IMG/VR virus record: IMGVR_UViG_3300018494_004239
Source of the DNA: an uncultured virus (IMG/VR IMGVR_UViG_3300018494_004239)
Taxonomy: Duplodnaviria; Heunggongvirae; Uroviricota; Caudoviricetes
DNA: 64,000 nt
Reading direction: 5' to 3' (one strand)
In this document: positions 50,206-61,054 of the stretch, one piece after another
How positions within the stretch are numbered: position 1 is the first letter of the stretch
How the letters are laid out: each line of letters opens with the position of its first letter
Translations under genes and position numbers: made by a program
The notes under the pieces: generated by a model
The model's database searches: none
The model's input: only the letters and a program-made list of their open reading frames with translations
What the model was told of the DNA's origin: nothing

Positions 50206-52390
50206 TTATTATGCCCTCCTTATGTTTAATAATTGCTTTTAAATACAGAACATAGAGTTCTTTTATCGTTACGAGGTCTTCTTTATCGTGGCGATTTTTT
50301 GTGCTTTCAATTAAGCGATTAACATTTTCAATTGCTTTTTTGAAAAACACTTCATGTTTAGTTGTTGTAATAAAATGCTTACATGCCATACAGGGCAAAG
50401 CATTAGTCATTATGCAGGTTTCTGCAGAACATTTTCCACAACCATCCTCAACATCGTTTTCTTCACCAGCGAGATGTTCTGGAATGTCATCAACAATTTT
50501 GGAATCGGTTTCAATCAGTTCTGCTCCGATTGTAATACCGTAAGTGGATTCCAACATCTTTTCTAATTCCATTTCAATATAATGGTTTTTAGTTGTGTCA
50601 AGATGTTTATGTTTGGATAACACAGTCATTTCCATATCGCTCTTACCATTTCGCATGATATGTTCCAAAGATTTAGTCATATGAGTATCACGAAGATTGG
50701 ATGCTGTGTAACTGTGTGATAGACCGAGTTCTTTGCATATATCTGACATATTATTGCTAAATAATTGTGCAGATAAAGCACTGATATTCTTTCCTTTTTT
50801 GGGTTTAAATAGGAAAATGTAATTTTTAATACTATCAACCACACACTCTTCTCTGGCAGATTCCGTGTATTCAATAATATCCATTAGTAAATGATATGTC
50901 AATGGACTAATAACACTCGATATTTTTTTACCATGAGATATCTTTGTATTAGATACAACTATAAATTGATTTGGTTTTATTGTTGGTTTTATACAATCTG
51001 TGGTTAAGGTACATATTTGATTTATTCTAAACTCGGTTTGTAATGCTAAATGAAAAATTGTATGCATAAGTTTAAACTTATCGCTTGTTTGACTTTTTTC
51101 TAACAAATATTCATTTATTTTAATCAGGTCTTCATCTGGAATTGTTTTTGCGGTGTTTTTATTTGGTTCTTCATATTGAGATAGGTAATCGAAAAACAAA
51201 TCGTCGAATTGTAACTTTTTACTGTCTTTTGCCCACATCAAGAACCTTCTAATTGCACCTATTTCGTTATTCTTGGTTGATATGTTAATATCTTTTGAAT
51301 TGATTTTTTCTCTTAATAAAATCGCTTCTTGATTTGTGAAATATTTGGTGTTTTTATTGGGATATTTTGCTTGTTTTTTAAGTTCAACAAAGAATTGCAT
51401 ATAGTTGGCAATTAGCATTGGAGAACTTGATTTGAATATCAGTCCACCAACATTTTTATTTGTCACTATATACTCTAACATCAAGTTGACATAATCTGTA
51501 TTTTGTACAAAACTGAAATCAAATGTCATATGGTCTTCTTTTTTCATTCTTGTAGATTGATTGTCAAGACCTTTCAAAATAATACAAATCTTACTTTTAT
51601 TTTTTGGAATGTTTGTAGGATTTAATGTATAAAAGTAAAAATCGTTTGCTAACCAATGTGGGAATCTTCTTGTGAAGATTATTGGTTGTGTCATATAAAA
51701 AGAATTGGTGAACAGATTCTCTTCTGGGTATAATTTAACCAACTCTCTATAAAAATCCGCTATTGCTAAAGCACAGTCATAAATTATTTTGTTGTAGTCG
51801 TCTATGCCATTGAATTTTTGTTTATAGTAGTTTATCTGTGAGAATAACACATTCTCATTAAAATCGCTGGGTTTGTTAATTTTGTTTTCGTATTCAACAA
51901 AACTTTCAATAAAGTTATGTGATAAAAACTCATGCTTCCATAACTCTTCATTAGGACTGTTGGATAAACATTGGCCAATGACTTGCTTCAAAAATTTATT
52001 TTTAGTTTCTATAAATCGAAGCGAATAACTATTGACAGCTTTTATTACGAACAATGATTCGATTTTATTGCTACACATAATTTTTGGAAGCAAAGTACTG
52101 TTTGCATCAACAAGTGTATTAAACACTGGCAACAATTCATAAAGAGTATCTGCATATTCACCGTGATATAAGTTGTTTTTCAATAAAATATACATAACAT
52201 AAAATGCATGTTTTCGGGAATCGTATTTTACAGAATCATTGCAAATATCAGACCAATTGATTTCAGAAATCTTTTTTTGACAATATTCAACGACAAAGGG
52301 ATTGCTTTTGTGTTCTGTTTTTCGCGTGCTATATAGTTTTCTAACCTCTTGAAACACATCATTCATTGTGTTTAATTTATTCAATAGCAT
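50198..52390 (-). CDS. Tyrosine recombinase 2 (divergent)
   Basis: 'EFRINQI','SNLRDT','KHKHLDTTKNHY'. Confidence 0.8.
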   Translation of the reverse strand: MLLNKLNTMNDVFQEVRKLYSTRKTEHKSNPFVVEYCQKKISEINWSDICNDSVKYDSRKHAFYVMYILLKNNLYHGEYADTLYELLPVFNTLVDANSTLLPKIMCSNKIESLFVIKAVNSYSLRFIETKNKFLKQVIGQCLSNSPNEELWKHEFLSHNFIESFVEYENKINKPSDFNENVLFSQINYYKQKFNGIDDYNKIIYDCALAIADFYRELVKLYPEENLFTNSFYMTQPIIFTRRFPHWLANDFYFYTLNPTNIPKNKSKICIILKGLDNQSTRMKKEDHMTFDFSFVQNTDYVNLMLEYIVTNKNVGGLIFKSSSPMLIANYMQFFVELKKQAKYPNKNTKYFTNQEAILLREKINSKDINISTKNNEIGAIRRFLMWAKDSKKLQFDDLFFDYLSQYEEPNKNTAKTIPDEDLIKINEYLLEKSQTSDKFKLMHTIFHLALQTEFRINQICTLTTDCIKPTIKPNQFIVVSNTKISHGKKISSVISPLTYHLLMDIIEYTESAREECVVDSIKNYIFLFKPKKGKNISALSAQLFSNNMSDICKELGLSHSYTASNLRDTHMTKSLEHIMRNGKSDMEMTVLSKHKHLDTTKNHYIEMELEKMLESTYGITIGAELIETDSKIVDDIPEHLAGEENDVEDGCGKCSAETCIMTNALPCMACKHFITTTKHEVFFKKAIENVNRLIESTKNRHDKEDLVTIKELYVLYLKAIIKHKEGIIND

Positions 52391-53735
52391 TCCCTCCCTT
52401 TAATTCTGGTATCATGTCGTATAATTCCTTTTGGAACTCTGTTTTAATCTTATATTCATCTTCTGGTGTAGGATTGTAATACACCATCGTAGATGAAATA
52501 TTTTTATGCCTCATCATTTTTTGCAAAGATAATGCATCAGCGGGATGCTTTGAAAATCTTGCATGGAACATTGCAAAACCGTGTCTAAAGCGATGACTTA
52601 AATTATTATCACGAACATCAATATCGATAGGGATGCCTGCAATATCAAAATATTTTTTTAGGGCATTATTCCATGTTTGGTCACTCAATACACGACCATA
52701 TCTATTTAAAAACACATAATGATTAGTGTCTGGTTTATCTCTTACAGAAACAATGTCGGCAATGCCTTCTTCATAGTTTGCTGGATATTTTTCAATCATT
52801 TCCGAATGCATTTCTTCAATAAGTTCTACCAGTTCTTCATATAGTGGATAAGTGATAATAATTTTTTGAGTTGCTGCACGATAATCTCTGGATGCATATT
52901 GGCGCTGGTCAACAATATGAGGTAATCCTTTCGCAAATTGGAATTTAGCATCACTCATTCTGTTGCGAAGCATAATGACTGGAACAAGTTTACCATTGTC
53001 GCGTATCTCACAAATGTCTTCAATGGTTATGCCAAGCACCTCTCCGAGTCTCAAACCATACCCATACATAAGATGGACAATTAATCTCGCTTGTTTATCA
53101 TTGGCATCAATGATGGATTTAAATATTTTCTTAAAGTCATCGGGTCCAATATATTTTGGCACAGTATTCGTATTGTAATCGGGTGTTTTTAGGTTATTAT
53201 CATACTTCTTTCTTTCTGGGGAAGAAGGAGTTCCTTCAAAGATATGTTCGCTTTGAACTGTATGAGATTTGAATATTGCCTCACAGTTAACCCTTGCATA
53301 AGAAAAGTAAGAACGATATACAGACAAATATCCGTTAACAGTGTTGTTGCTTCGCTGGGTTTTCATTGCATATTGTTCTGGGTTTGTATTGATACCACGA
53401 AGGAAAAATAGCAATTCATTGAATGCTGTTTCATTTAATGTATTTATCTTATAACCAGAAAGGGACAAGAAGCAATAAAGTAATCTCAATGCAAAAGCTG
53501 ATTTGCTCCTGCTGGTTAGTGGACTTTCTTTTAATTTGAAATTAAGGTAGTTATAAACAGTGGTAATGGGTTTCATATTGTCGTCATATTGGATGAAATA
53601 TGTATATCCGTCTTGTTCTAATTGATAAAGTGGCATTGACACCTTTCTTTCGGACATAACATTTCCTTTTTCGTCGAGTATTGATTTAACAAATACAGAT
53701 TGATTACCTAATTTATTTTCACTATAAATAATCAT
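52377..53735 (-). CDS. Tyrosine recombinase 1
   Basis: GLRLGEVL, SHRFRHGFA, MRHKNISSTMVY. Confidence 0.9.
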   Translation of the reverse strand: MIIYSENKLGNQSVFVKSILDEKGNVMSERKVSMPLYQLEQDGYTYFIQYDDNMKPITTVYNYLNFKLKESPLTSRSKSAFALRLLYCFLSLSGYKINTLNETAFNELLFFLRGINTNPEQYAMKTQRSNNTVNGYLSVYRSYFSYARVNCEAIFKSHTVQSEHIFEGTPSSPERKKYDNNLKTPDYNTNTVPKYIGPDDFKKIFKSIIDANDKQARLIVHLMYGYGLRLGEVLGITIEDICEIRDNGKLVPVIMLRNRMSDAKFQFAKGLPHIVDQRQYASRDYRAATQKIIITYPLYEELVELIEEMHSEMIEKYPANYEEGIADIVSVRDKPDTNHYVFLNRYGRVLSDQTWNNALKKYFDIAGIPIDIDVRDNNLSHRFRHGFAMFHARFSKHPADALSLQKMMRHKNISSTMVYYNPTPEDEYKIKTEFQKELYDMIPELKGGNAIE

Positions 53736-54003
53736 TTTGCCCTCACTCCCTCTTGATTTTTACTATAATATATGGTATAATAAGTATGACAGATTGTCAA
53801 GAATTTTACACACTAATAAATTATAGATATAATATAGACGATTTATTCTATTCTTTTGTACGAATATATAGTGTGTAAATTGCAAAACTAACGAATTTCG
53901 CTTCATTATGTCATTATTATAGTGAAAAACCCTGCAAAATGCAGGGTTTAGACAATATTCTATAAAATTTACACAGTTTTACACATTTGAGAATTACTGA
54001 TAA

Positions 54004-54996
54004 CCACCATATGTGAATCTGCATCAAATTGAAGAAAAAAATGCAATTCGTGATTTTGAATATTCTGCTAATGGTATGACAGACCTCTATATTGCATTTT
54101 TTGAAATGGGAGTAAAAATGCTCAATCAGAGTGGTAAACTTGGTTATATTACTCCAAATTCTTACTTTACCAGTGTCGCTGGTAAAAATATGAGAAAAAA
54201 CTTTGTTGATAAGAAGTTGTTGGTAAACATTGTTGATTTTGGTCATACACAGGTATTTAATAATGCATTGACTTATGCTTGTATCACAATTCTTGATAAA
54301 GACAATAAAAATGATAAAGTGGCATTTGAAAAAGAAAACAAAAGTTATAAACTTTCTTATGCAGATTTCTTTATCAATGAGAATTTCTATTTTTCTGCTA
54401 ATTCTGATTTTAAGAACATTATCAACTACAATGGTCAAAGATTTTGTTCAGTGAAAAATGGATGTGCTACTCTTTGGGATGAGTTTTTTATCAATTCTGA
54501 AATTGCAAAACAAAGTAAATTTTCTATTCCAATTGTTAAAAGTTCTACTGGTAAGCGATATCAATGCTATTATCCATACGACAAAAATGGAAAAGTTATA
54601 CCGTTTTCAGAAATTGAAAAAGATGAAATAACGGCAAAGTTTTTGGAACAAAATAAAGAGCGTTTGCTAAAAAGAAATCTTCACGATGTTTCTTTGTGGT
54701 ATGCATTTGGTCGAACACAAGCACTACCTGATACTTATAAAAACAAATATGGTATCAATGCCTTGTACAAAACACAAGATGATGTACATATTGTTGAGTG
54801 CGAGGCAGGATGTGCTGTTTATGGCGGGATGTATATATTAAGTGATTTAGATATAGGCACTCTTAAAAAAATACTTTGTACAGACGATTTTATCAAATAT
54901 GTATCTACTATTGGCAAGTACAAAAGTGGTGGATATTATACGGTTTCTACAAAAGATATTGAGAAATATCTAAACTATACACTATCAAAAAAGTAA
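54004..54996 (+). pseudogene. 3' half of the split adenine methyltransferase
   Basis: Frame opens CCA CCA TAT GTG (PPYV) right after TAA; TDLYIAFFE, YITPNSYF, GKYKSGGY. Confidence 0.88.
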
Positions 54997-55161
54997 AAAA
55001 TCTACCTATTATTTGACTAAAAATAACATCGCCCATGCTCGTGACTTTAGTCGTGAGCAAGGCGATGTTTCTTGTCTTTCTTTAATAAAAAGGTTGCAAT
55101 TTTAAGTAAAATATGTTATAATATATCTATCTTAAACAGAAAGGAAGTGCCTTATTAAAGA

Positions 55162-56030
55162 ATGAATATAACTACAAGTTATAAAGTTCAAATTGTTGGT
55201 ATTAATAAAATGTTAAGACCAACTGTAAATAAATATAGAGAAGCGCTTACTTTCTTAATTCCCATTGTTGATAAAGAATGGGATATTATCTCCACAGCAA
55301 GTGGAGTAAAAAGAAAAGCAATTGTCGAACATCTTATTCATACGACAAAGGATAATGTAGCAAAATATCCAGAATTTGACCAATTGTTTCATAAGATGCC
55401 GAGTTACTTCCGCAGAGGAGTAATTGCCGATGCAATCGGCATTGTATCTTCTTATAGAAGTAAATATGAAAATTGGGAAAAGAATGGCAAGATTGGCAAA
55501 CCGCCAAGATTGCAGACCAAACATTATAATTGCCCAATTTTTTATAGAGACAATACTTATGAAGAGACAGATAATCCTAACATTGTTAATCTAAAACTTT
55601 ATATTAATAATGATTGGGTTTGGTATCACGTGCATCTTCGTGCTACGGATATTAAGTATATTCAGAAGCATTGTCAAAATAAAGAGATGTCTGCTCCAAT
55701 TTTGGAGAGAAGATATAACAAATACTATTTGAGATTTGCTTTTACTGAAAAGGTTAGACTGAATGAAGTAAAAGTAGAAAACCAAAAAGTGTTAGCAGTT
55801 GACCTTGGCGTCAATAACGATGCAGTTTGTTCGGTAATGACAGCAGACGGAACTGTCCTCAATAGAAAGTTCATTAACTTTAAGAGTGATAAAGACCGTA
55901 TGTATCATACACTGAATAAGATTAAAAAGAAGCAGAAAAAACATCAATCTGTTTCTAAACTGTGGAGTTATGCCAAGAACTGCAATGAACAGCATTCTAT
56001 TAAAATTGCACAAGCAATAGTAGATTATGC
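55162..56030 (+). pseudogene. tnpB: Truncated TnpB (IS200/IS605 remnant) with left-end hairpin at 55025-55069
   Basis: 'VLAVDLG.NNDA.CSVM..DG'; lacks RuvC II/III and zinc finger. Confidence 0.8.
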
Positions 56031-56429
56031 TGCCAACTTTTCAGCAACGAGCAACTGGTTCATAGACGGGGCGGGAGTGTCCATGATTTTATCCAAAACT
56101 TCTCGTGCTTCAACTTCAACGATAATTGTACGAGTGCCATGAGCACACCAGTCCAAGGAAGACTGATTAGGGTCAGAGATTACTCTGATGTACTCGTCAT
56201 TATACTCATAGATGTCGCTTACTACTAAAGTGGCGCTTTCGGGAATTTCGGCGGTATAAGGTTCATTGATGTTTTCAGAACCTATGCAACAAGGAATTGC
56301 AATTGCCAAAAAGATAATGAAAGCAATGAGCGGAAGGGCTTCTTCACAACCACATAAAACAAAGAGAGCGATAGCGATGATTGCGAGTACGGTAAAGATT
56401 CCACCAATGATGCAAAGAGTTAAATACAT
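56025..56429 (-). CDS. Hypothetical membrane protein (3' end possibly truncated)
   Basis: GGAGG RBS, two TM segments; collides with the tnpB remnant. Confidence 0.65.
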   Translation of the reverse strand: MYLTLCIIGGIFTVLAIIAIALFVLCGCEEALPLIAFIIFLAIAIPCCIGSENINEPYTAEIPESATLVVSDIYEYNDEYIRVISDPNQSSLDWCAHGTRTIIVEVEAREVLDKIMDTPAPSMNQLLVAEKLAA

Positions 56430-56641
56430 AATTCCTCCTATGTATGTTATGAATTTGAAATTTTGTTCAATAAGTGGTTTAGCTTAAAGAACAGATTCAT
56501 AACAATAAAAAATAAAAAATTTAAACCAAATATATTTTATTTTTTCTATTGATTTTTATCAAGAAAAAATTATATTCTTTTCAGTTGACATTGACGATGA
56601 AATATGATATAATGTAAATATCAAAAGGTAAGGAGCAATAT

Positions 56642-57109
56642 ATGAAAAAGTTTTGGAATGAAAATAAAGGCATTATTATTTTTGCAACAGTTATGTTTGT
56701 AATAATTTCTACACTTGTCGGTTTTGCTATTAATGAAGGTGTTAAACATCAAAGGTGGTTGGACAGTCTTTCGCCAGAAGAACTCGCTGCATACGAAGCA
56801 GAACAAGAGGCAGAGCGACAGAGTAACATTCACGAATATGAATTAATTAGTGTTTCTCAATATGTAAAAAATGTGACAAATGGTTTTGGTGGTGTTGTGC
56901 GAACAGAAGTCTGCTATACATTTTGTTATCTTGATAATGGTGTCTTGAAACAGGTTGATGATTTTTCACACCTTGAATATGGTTTAACCAAACTGATTAT
57001 TGGCGACAAAGATATGTATATTATCGACACGAATGGTGCAGACGACTATAGATATTTGCAATTAACAGAAGAAACACTTAAAAACATCAAAACACTCGCA
57101 AATGGATAA
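56642..57109 (+). CDS. Membrane-anchored hypothetical protein
   Basis: Consensus promoter, RBS, one TM segment. Confidence 0.75.
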   Translation: MKKFWNENKGIIIFATVMFVIISTLVGFAINEGVKHQRWLDSLSPEELAAYEAEQEAERQSNIHEYELISVSQYVKNVTNGFGGVVRTEVCYTFCYLDNGVLKQVDDFSHLEYGLTKLIIGDKDMYIIDTNGADDYRYLQLTEETLKNIKTLANG

Positions 57110-57146
57110 AAAGAAAGAGGTATGACAATGAGTCATACCTCTTGTT

Positions 57147-58346
57147 TTAATAACCAAATTGTGTGCAACCGATAAATATGTTTGATGGTGCAAATTGTGC
57201 TGGGACATTTGGCATAGATACAAGTGATGTGCATTTTCCGAATAGTTTATTGGCGTTCACAAGAGTTGATGGAATTTGTGGTGCATATTTAAGTGATGTG
57301 CATCCGTAAAAAGTGCCATTGTAAGTATTTATTTCTCCCATATAGTTTACACCATCTGGAATTTTGTAGTTAGACATGTCTACAAGAGAAACACAATTCA
57401 TAAAGGTTTCGTTCATAGCAATTATTGTTTTTGGCATAGCGGGAGGAACAATGAGGTTTCGGCAATCTTTAAATGTTTGGAATGCACTTGTTACATTCAT
57501 TGTTCCAACTTTTTCAAGAATTGGACCATATGTTGTTTGATTTAATGAAACAACATCTTTATTTAAATGTACTTGCCATTGATTTGTTCCGCCCCTACGG
57601 ATATAATAATAGTCTCCATAGTAATATCTGTCCTCAAAACTTATATTTTGGGGGAATGGAGAACCACTATTTAGTACTTCACCGTTTGCCTTTACATAGT
57701 AAGCGCCTGTCGGGATAACATCCTTATGCATAAGAGAAACTACTGCATTATCAGTCATATCTAACCATATTGTAGTTGGACTTAAATCATTCCCTTTGGC
57801 ATCTGTGCCAGATTTTACCATTTTGTTTAATTCTTCAACGGAAATATTTTCATTTTCTGTGCACACAACCAAACCACAGTCTGGTGAATAATAATAGTGA
57901 CAATCTGATTGTTTTGGTTCAAAGGTAGAAGACGATGCCTTCGTGTAATTTTGCACAATTAATGCAAGTGTATTTGTGTTTTCTGGATATTTTGTATCAC
58001 GGTTTAATTTTATACCATTAAGACCAGAAGTTTCTAAATCAGTAATATCTTTGCGAGTTGTTGCTTTTGTAACATTGTATACACGACCTTGTGCACTGTC
58101 TAAATTGTTTGGGTCTAATGTTCCAGAAGCAATGTCTTGGCAATAGAGTTCGTATTCACTTACGAATCTTTCCATTGCATTAGTGTACTCATTAGCATTG
58201 GTATTGTCGGCAGATACATTTGCACGGTCAATTAAACCTGCAACCGATGGAATAGCAATTGCTACTAACACAGCAAGTATTCCTATCACAACAAGTAACT
58301 CTATTAAAGTAAAACCTTTGCGGGATTTGAAACTGAATTTTTTCAT
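57147..58346 (-). CDS. Type IV pilin-like protein (copy 6) with LRR C-terminus
   Basis: Prepilin signal; 'YYYGDYYY' domain and 'TF..C.SL' repeats shared with copy 5. Confidence 0.88.
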   Translation of the reverse strand: MKKFSFKSRKGFTLIELLVVIGILAVLVAIAIPSVAGLIDRANVSADNTNANEYTNAMERFVSEYELYCQDIASGTLDPNNLDSAQGRVYNVTKATTRKDITDLETSGLNGIKLNRDTKYPENTNTLALIVQNYTKASSSTFEPKQSDCHYYYSPDCGLVVCTENENISVEELNKMVKSGTDAKGNDLSPTTIWLDMTDNAVVSLMHKDVIPTGAYYVKANGEVLNSGSPFPQNISFEDRYYYGDYYYIRRGGTNQWQVHLNKDVVSLNQTTYGPILEKVGTMNVTSAFQTFKDCRNLIVPPAMPKTIIAMNETFMNCVSLVDMSNYKIPDGVNYMGEINTYNGTFYGCTSLKYAPQIPSTLVNANKLFGKCTSLVSMPNVPAQFAPSNIFIGCTQFGY

Positions 58347-58586
58347 AAAAATCTCACCTTTCTTATGATTTTTTGTTTAACTAAAATATCATAAGTGATT
58401 TTTCTTTTATTGTCAATGAAAGTTATGATATCTATTCCTTTTTGGTTATATATCATTAAAAACACAAAACACGTAAATAACTTTAAAAAATAACTACAAA
58501 TAATACTTAATTTCAATATTAAAAACACAAAATCCGTTTTTAATAAATTTGAAAAGAAAAAAGAGGCACAGATGTGCCTCTTAATA

Positions 58587-59588
58587 TTAAAACTCGTCTG
58601 CAGGAGCAGAAAGGATTTTGTTTTTAATTTCTTCAAACACTTCTGGATTATTTTTGAGATAATCCTTTGTTTTTTCTTTGCCTTGACCGATATTTTCTCC
58701 ATTATAAGAGAACCAAGCACCAGATTTTCTGATAATTTCTTTATCGACAGCAACATCGATAATTTCATTTTCCTGCGAAATACCACTGTCATAGAAAATA
58801 TCAAATTCTGCTTGTCTAAATGGAGGAGCAACCTTGTTTTTCACAACCTTTACCTTTGCTCTATGCCCAATCACTTCTGTGCCTTCTTTGATGTAATCGA
58901 CTTTTCTTACATCCAAACGAACACTCGCATAGAACTTAAGTGCTTTACCGCCAGTTGTTACTTCTGGGTTACCATACATAACTCCAACCTTTTCACGTAA
59001 CTGGTTGATAAAGATGCATACACAATTTGTGGAAGCAATTGCCGATGTTAATTTTCTTAATGCTTGGGACATAAGTCTTGCAACAAGACCAACATGGGCA
59101 TCGCCCATTTCTCCATTGATTTCTGCCTGTGGAACAAGAGCAGCAACCGAGTCAATAACGACGACATCAATCGTGCCAGAGCGAATTAACATTTCTGCAA
59201 TATCAAGTGCCTGCTCGCCAGAATCGGGTTGAGAAACAAGAAGCGATGCAACATCAACACCCAACTTCTTTGCAAAAGAAGGGTCTAATGCATGTTCTAC
59301 ATCAATATATGCTGCTACACCACCATTTTTTTGTACTTGTGACACAACAGATTGTGCAATCAAAGATTTACCTGCTGCCTCTGGACCATAAATTTCAACA
59401 ATTCGTCCACGAGGCAATCCGCCAACTCCAAGTGCAATATCCAATGTTAAAGAACCAGTAGAAATGGCAGAGACACTCATTTTTTCGTTATCGCCAAGTG
59501 CCATAACAGAACCTTTGCCATACTTTTTTTCAATTTGTGCTAATGCGGAATGTAATGCTTTTTCTCTATCAGCGTTCAATGTTTCCAT
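58587..59588 (-). CDS. recA: Recombinase RecA
   Basis: [54 protein letters not shown]. Confidence 0.97.
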   Translation of the reverse strand: METLNADREKALHSALAQIEKKYGKGSVMALGDNEKMSVSAISTGSLTLDIALGVGGLPRGRIVEIYGPEAAGKSLIAQSVVSQVQKNGGVAAYIDVEHALDPSFAKKLGVDVASLLVSQPDSGEQALDIAEMLIRSGTIDVVVIDSVAALVPQAEINGEMGDAHVGLVARLMSQALRKLTSAIASTNCVCIFINQLREKVGVMYGNPEVTTGGKALKFYASVRLDVRKVDYIKEGTEVIGHRAKVKVVKNKVAPPFRQAEFDIFYDSGISQENEIIDVAVDKEIIRKSGAWFSYNGENIGQGKEKTKDYLKNNPEVFEEIKNKILSAPADEF

Positions 59589-59691
59589 CTCCTTATTTTT
59601 AGTAATTATAGCATAATTATAACACATTTTGTTCAAAAAAGCAATAGGTAAACAATTAAAGAAAATACAAAAAGACGGACAAAAATCCGTC

Positions 59692-60324
59692 TTATTTGAA
59701 CAAATGTTTTCTCTTTTTATAATATTTCATTATCAATCTAATTATTAGTATCAATATAAAAGCAATCATATATCCCATTAGGCAAGAGATGACAATCATT
59801 ATTAAAGGCAATGGAAATGCACTTTCAATTTCTAATATGTCGGATGCACTCCCGTAAAGATAATTGTAAATAAGATATATTGTTATTGCTGTTGCGATAC
59901 CGATTGAAGTGACAATGGAATATATATTTCTAATTTTGTTTAAAATGTATCCTATTTTTTTCTTTAATAACAAAAACACCAATGTCAATCCATCATATGT
60001 AGCAAAGAACAAAAATATGAAACCTAAAAACAAAATATTTTTATATTCATTTGGGTTTGCTAATATATCAATTCCCATCCACAACCAAAACAATGCAATA
60101 GTTGAGAGAAATATACAAAACACAATGTGAAATGTCATAGATAATGCAGTTTTTCTTAAGTGTCCGTATGTTCTTCTGTCATATTCTTGGATTGTCATTC
60201 CGTTGGGGAGTGGTTTTAGAAATGGGTTGTCTCTTAATCTTGGATTTGGTTCTATTTCACAACCGCAGTTTTCACATACAAGTGCATCCTGTAAATTCTC
60301 AAAATTACAATTTGGACAAATCAT
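59692..60324 (-). CDS. Zinc-ribbon membrane protein
   Basis: CPNC..CENCG, then four TM segments. Confidence 0.75.
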   Translation of the reverse strand: MICPNCNFENLQDALVCENCGCEIEPNPRLRDNPFLKPLPNGMTIQEYDRRTYGHLRKTALSMTFHIVFCIFLSTIALFWLWMGIDILANPNEYKNILFLGFIFLFFATYDGLTLVFLLLKKKIGYILNKIRNIYSIVTSIGIATAITIYLIYNYLYGSASDILEIESAFPLPLIMIVISCLMGYMIAFILILIIRLIMKYYKKRKHLFK

Positions 60325-60639
60325 ACTACATCTCCTTTCTTACAGTAAATATCATTATACCCGAAAAAATATAAAAGTGCAAGTGAAAACAAAATTATTT
60401 TTCTTGACTTTTCTTGGAATTTATGATATATTGATTTTTAATGAGTGAAAAACTCACGGCACGAATGCCAAATTATACAAACACATCTTCAGTTATTTAA
60501 GTATGGAATTATTTTTACAGAATTACTATGCCCAAAGTATAGTTTTTTGTATCAATAATCAAAGTACACTGAAGGTGCTTTTTTATGTCTAAAAAAGTGT
60601 CTTCTATACTAAATTAAATAACTTTATGAGGTGATTTGT

Positions 60640-60870
60640 ATGAAAAAAACAAGCATTTACAAAAGTAGTTATGATAACTACGAAATCATTATCAACAAAC
60701 TTTCGAGATTGCTCGAAAAGAACGGATATGTTCTTATTAAGAACACAAGAGAAACCCCAAGTTTCAATACCAATCGCAAACACATCGAAAAGGTGATGGG
60801 CGATTTAAAATACTCGGAATTGCACGAGTATTTAGAATTGCTTGGTTACATTCTCGGTGAACAAGAATAA
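60640..60870 (+). CDS. Small hypothetical protein
   Basis: GAGGTG RBS; terminator follows. Confidence 0.6.
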   Translation: MKKTSIYKSSYDNYEIIINKLSRLLEKNGYVLIKNTRETPSFNTNRKHIEKVMGDLKYSELHEYLELLGYILGEQE

Positions 60871-61054
60871 CAGAATGCCTCCCGAAAGGGAGGTATTTTT
60901 CTATTGACAAAAGAACAAAAATGTATTATAATAAAACTGTTCATACTCGCCGCACCTACGGGGCGGCGGGTTTTTCTATTATAACATAAATTTTCGTTAA
61001 TAACAAAAGAAATGTTATAATGTAAAAAATATGTTATAATAAACAATTAGGTCT

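Larger units (their letters stand above)
42211..54008. mobile_element. ~11.8-kb integrative island with three tyrosine recombinases plus a small accessory gene (GInt-like)
   Basis: Boundaries split a methyltransferase at NPPY (TAATCCGCCT / TAACCACCATAT); TTTACAC repeats near both ends. Confidence 0.85.

Noticed and set aside
31600..56030. One large inversion explaining both head-on truncations
   Set aside because: All four broken pieces are 5' halves, so flipping the segment restores no gene
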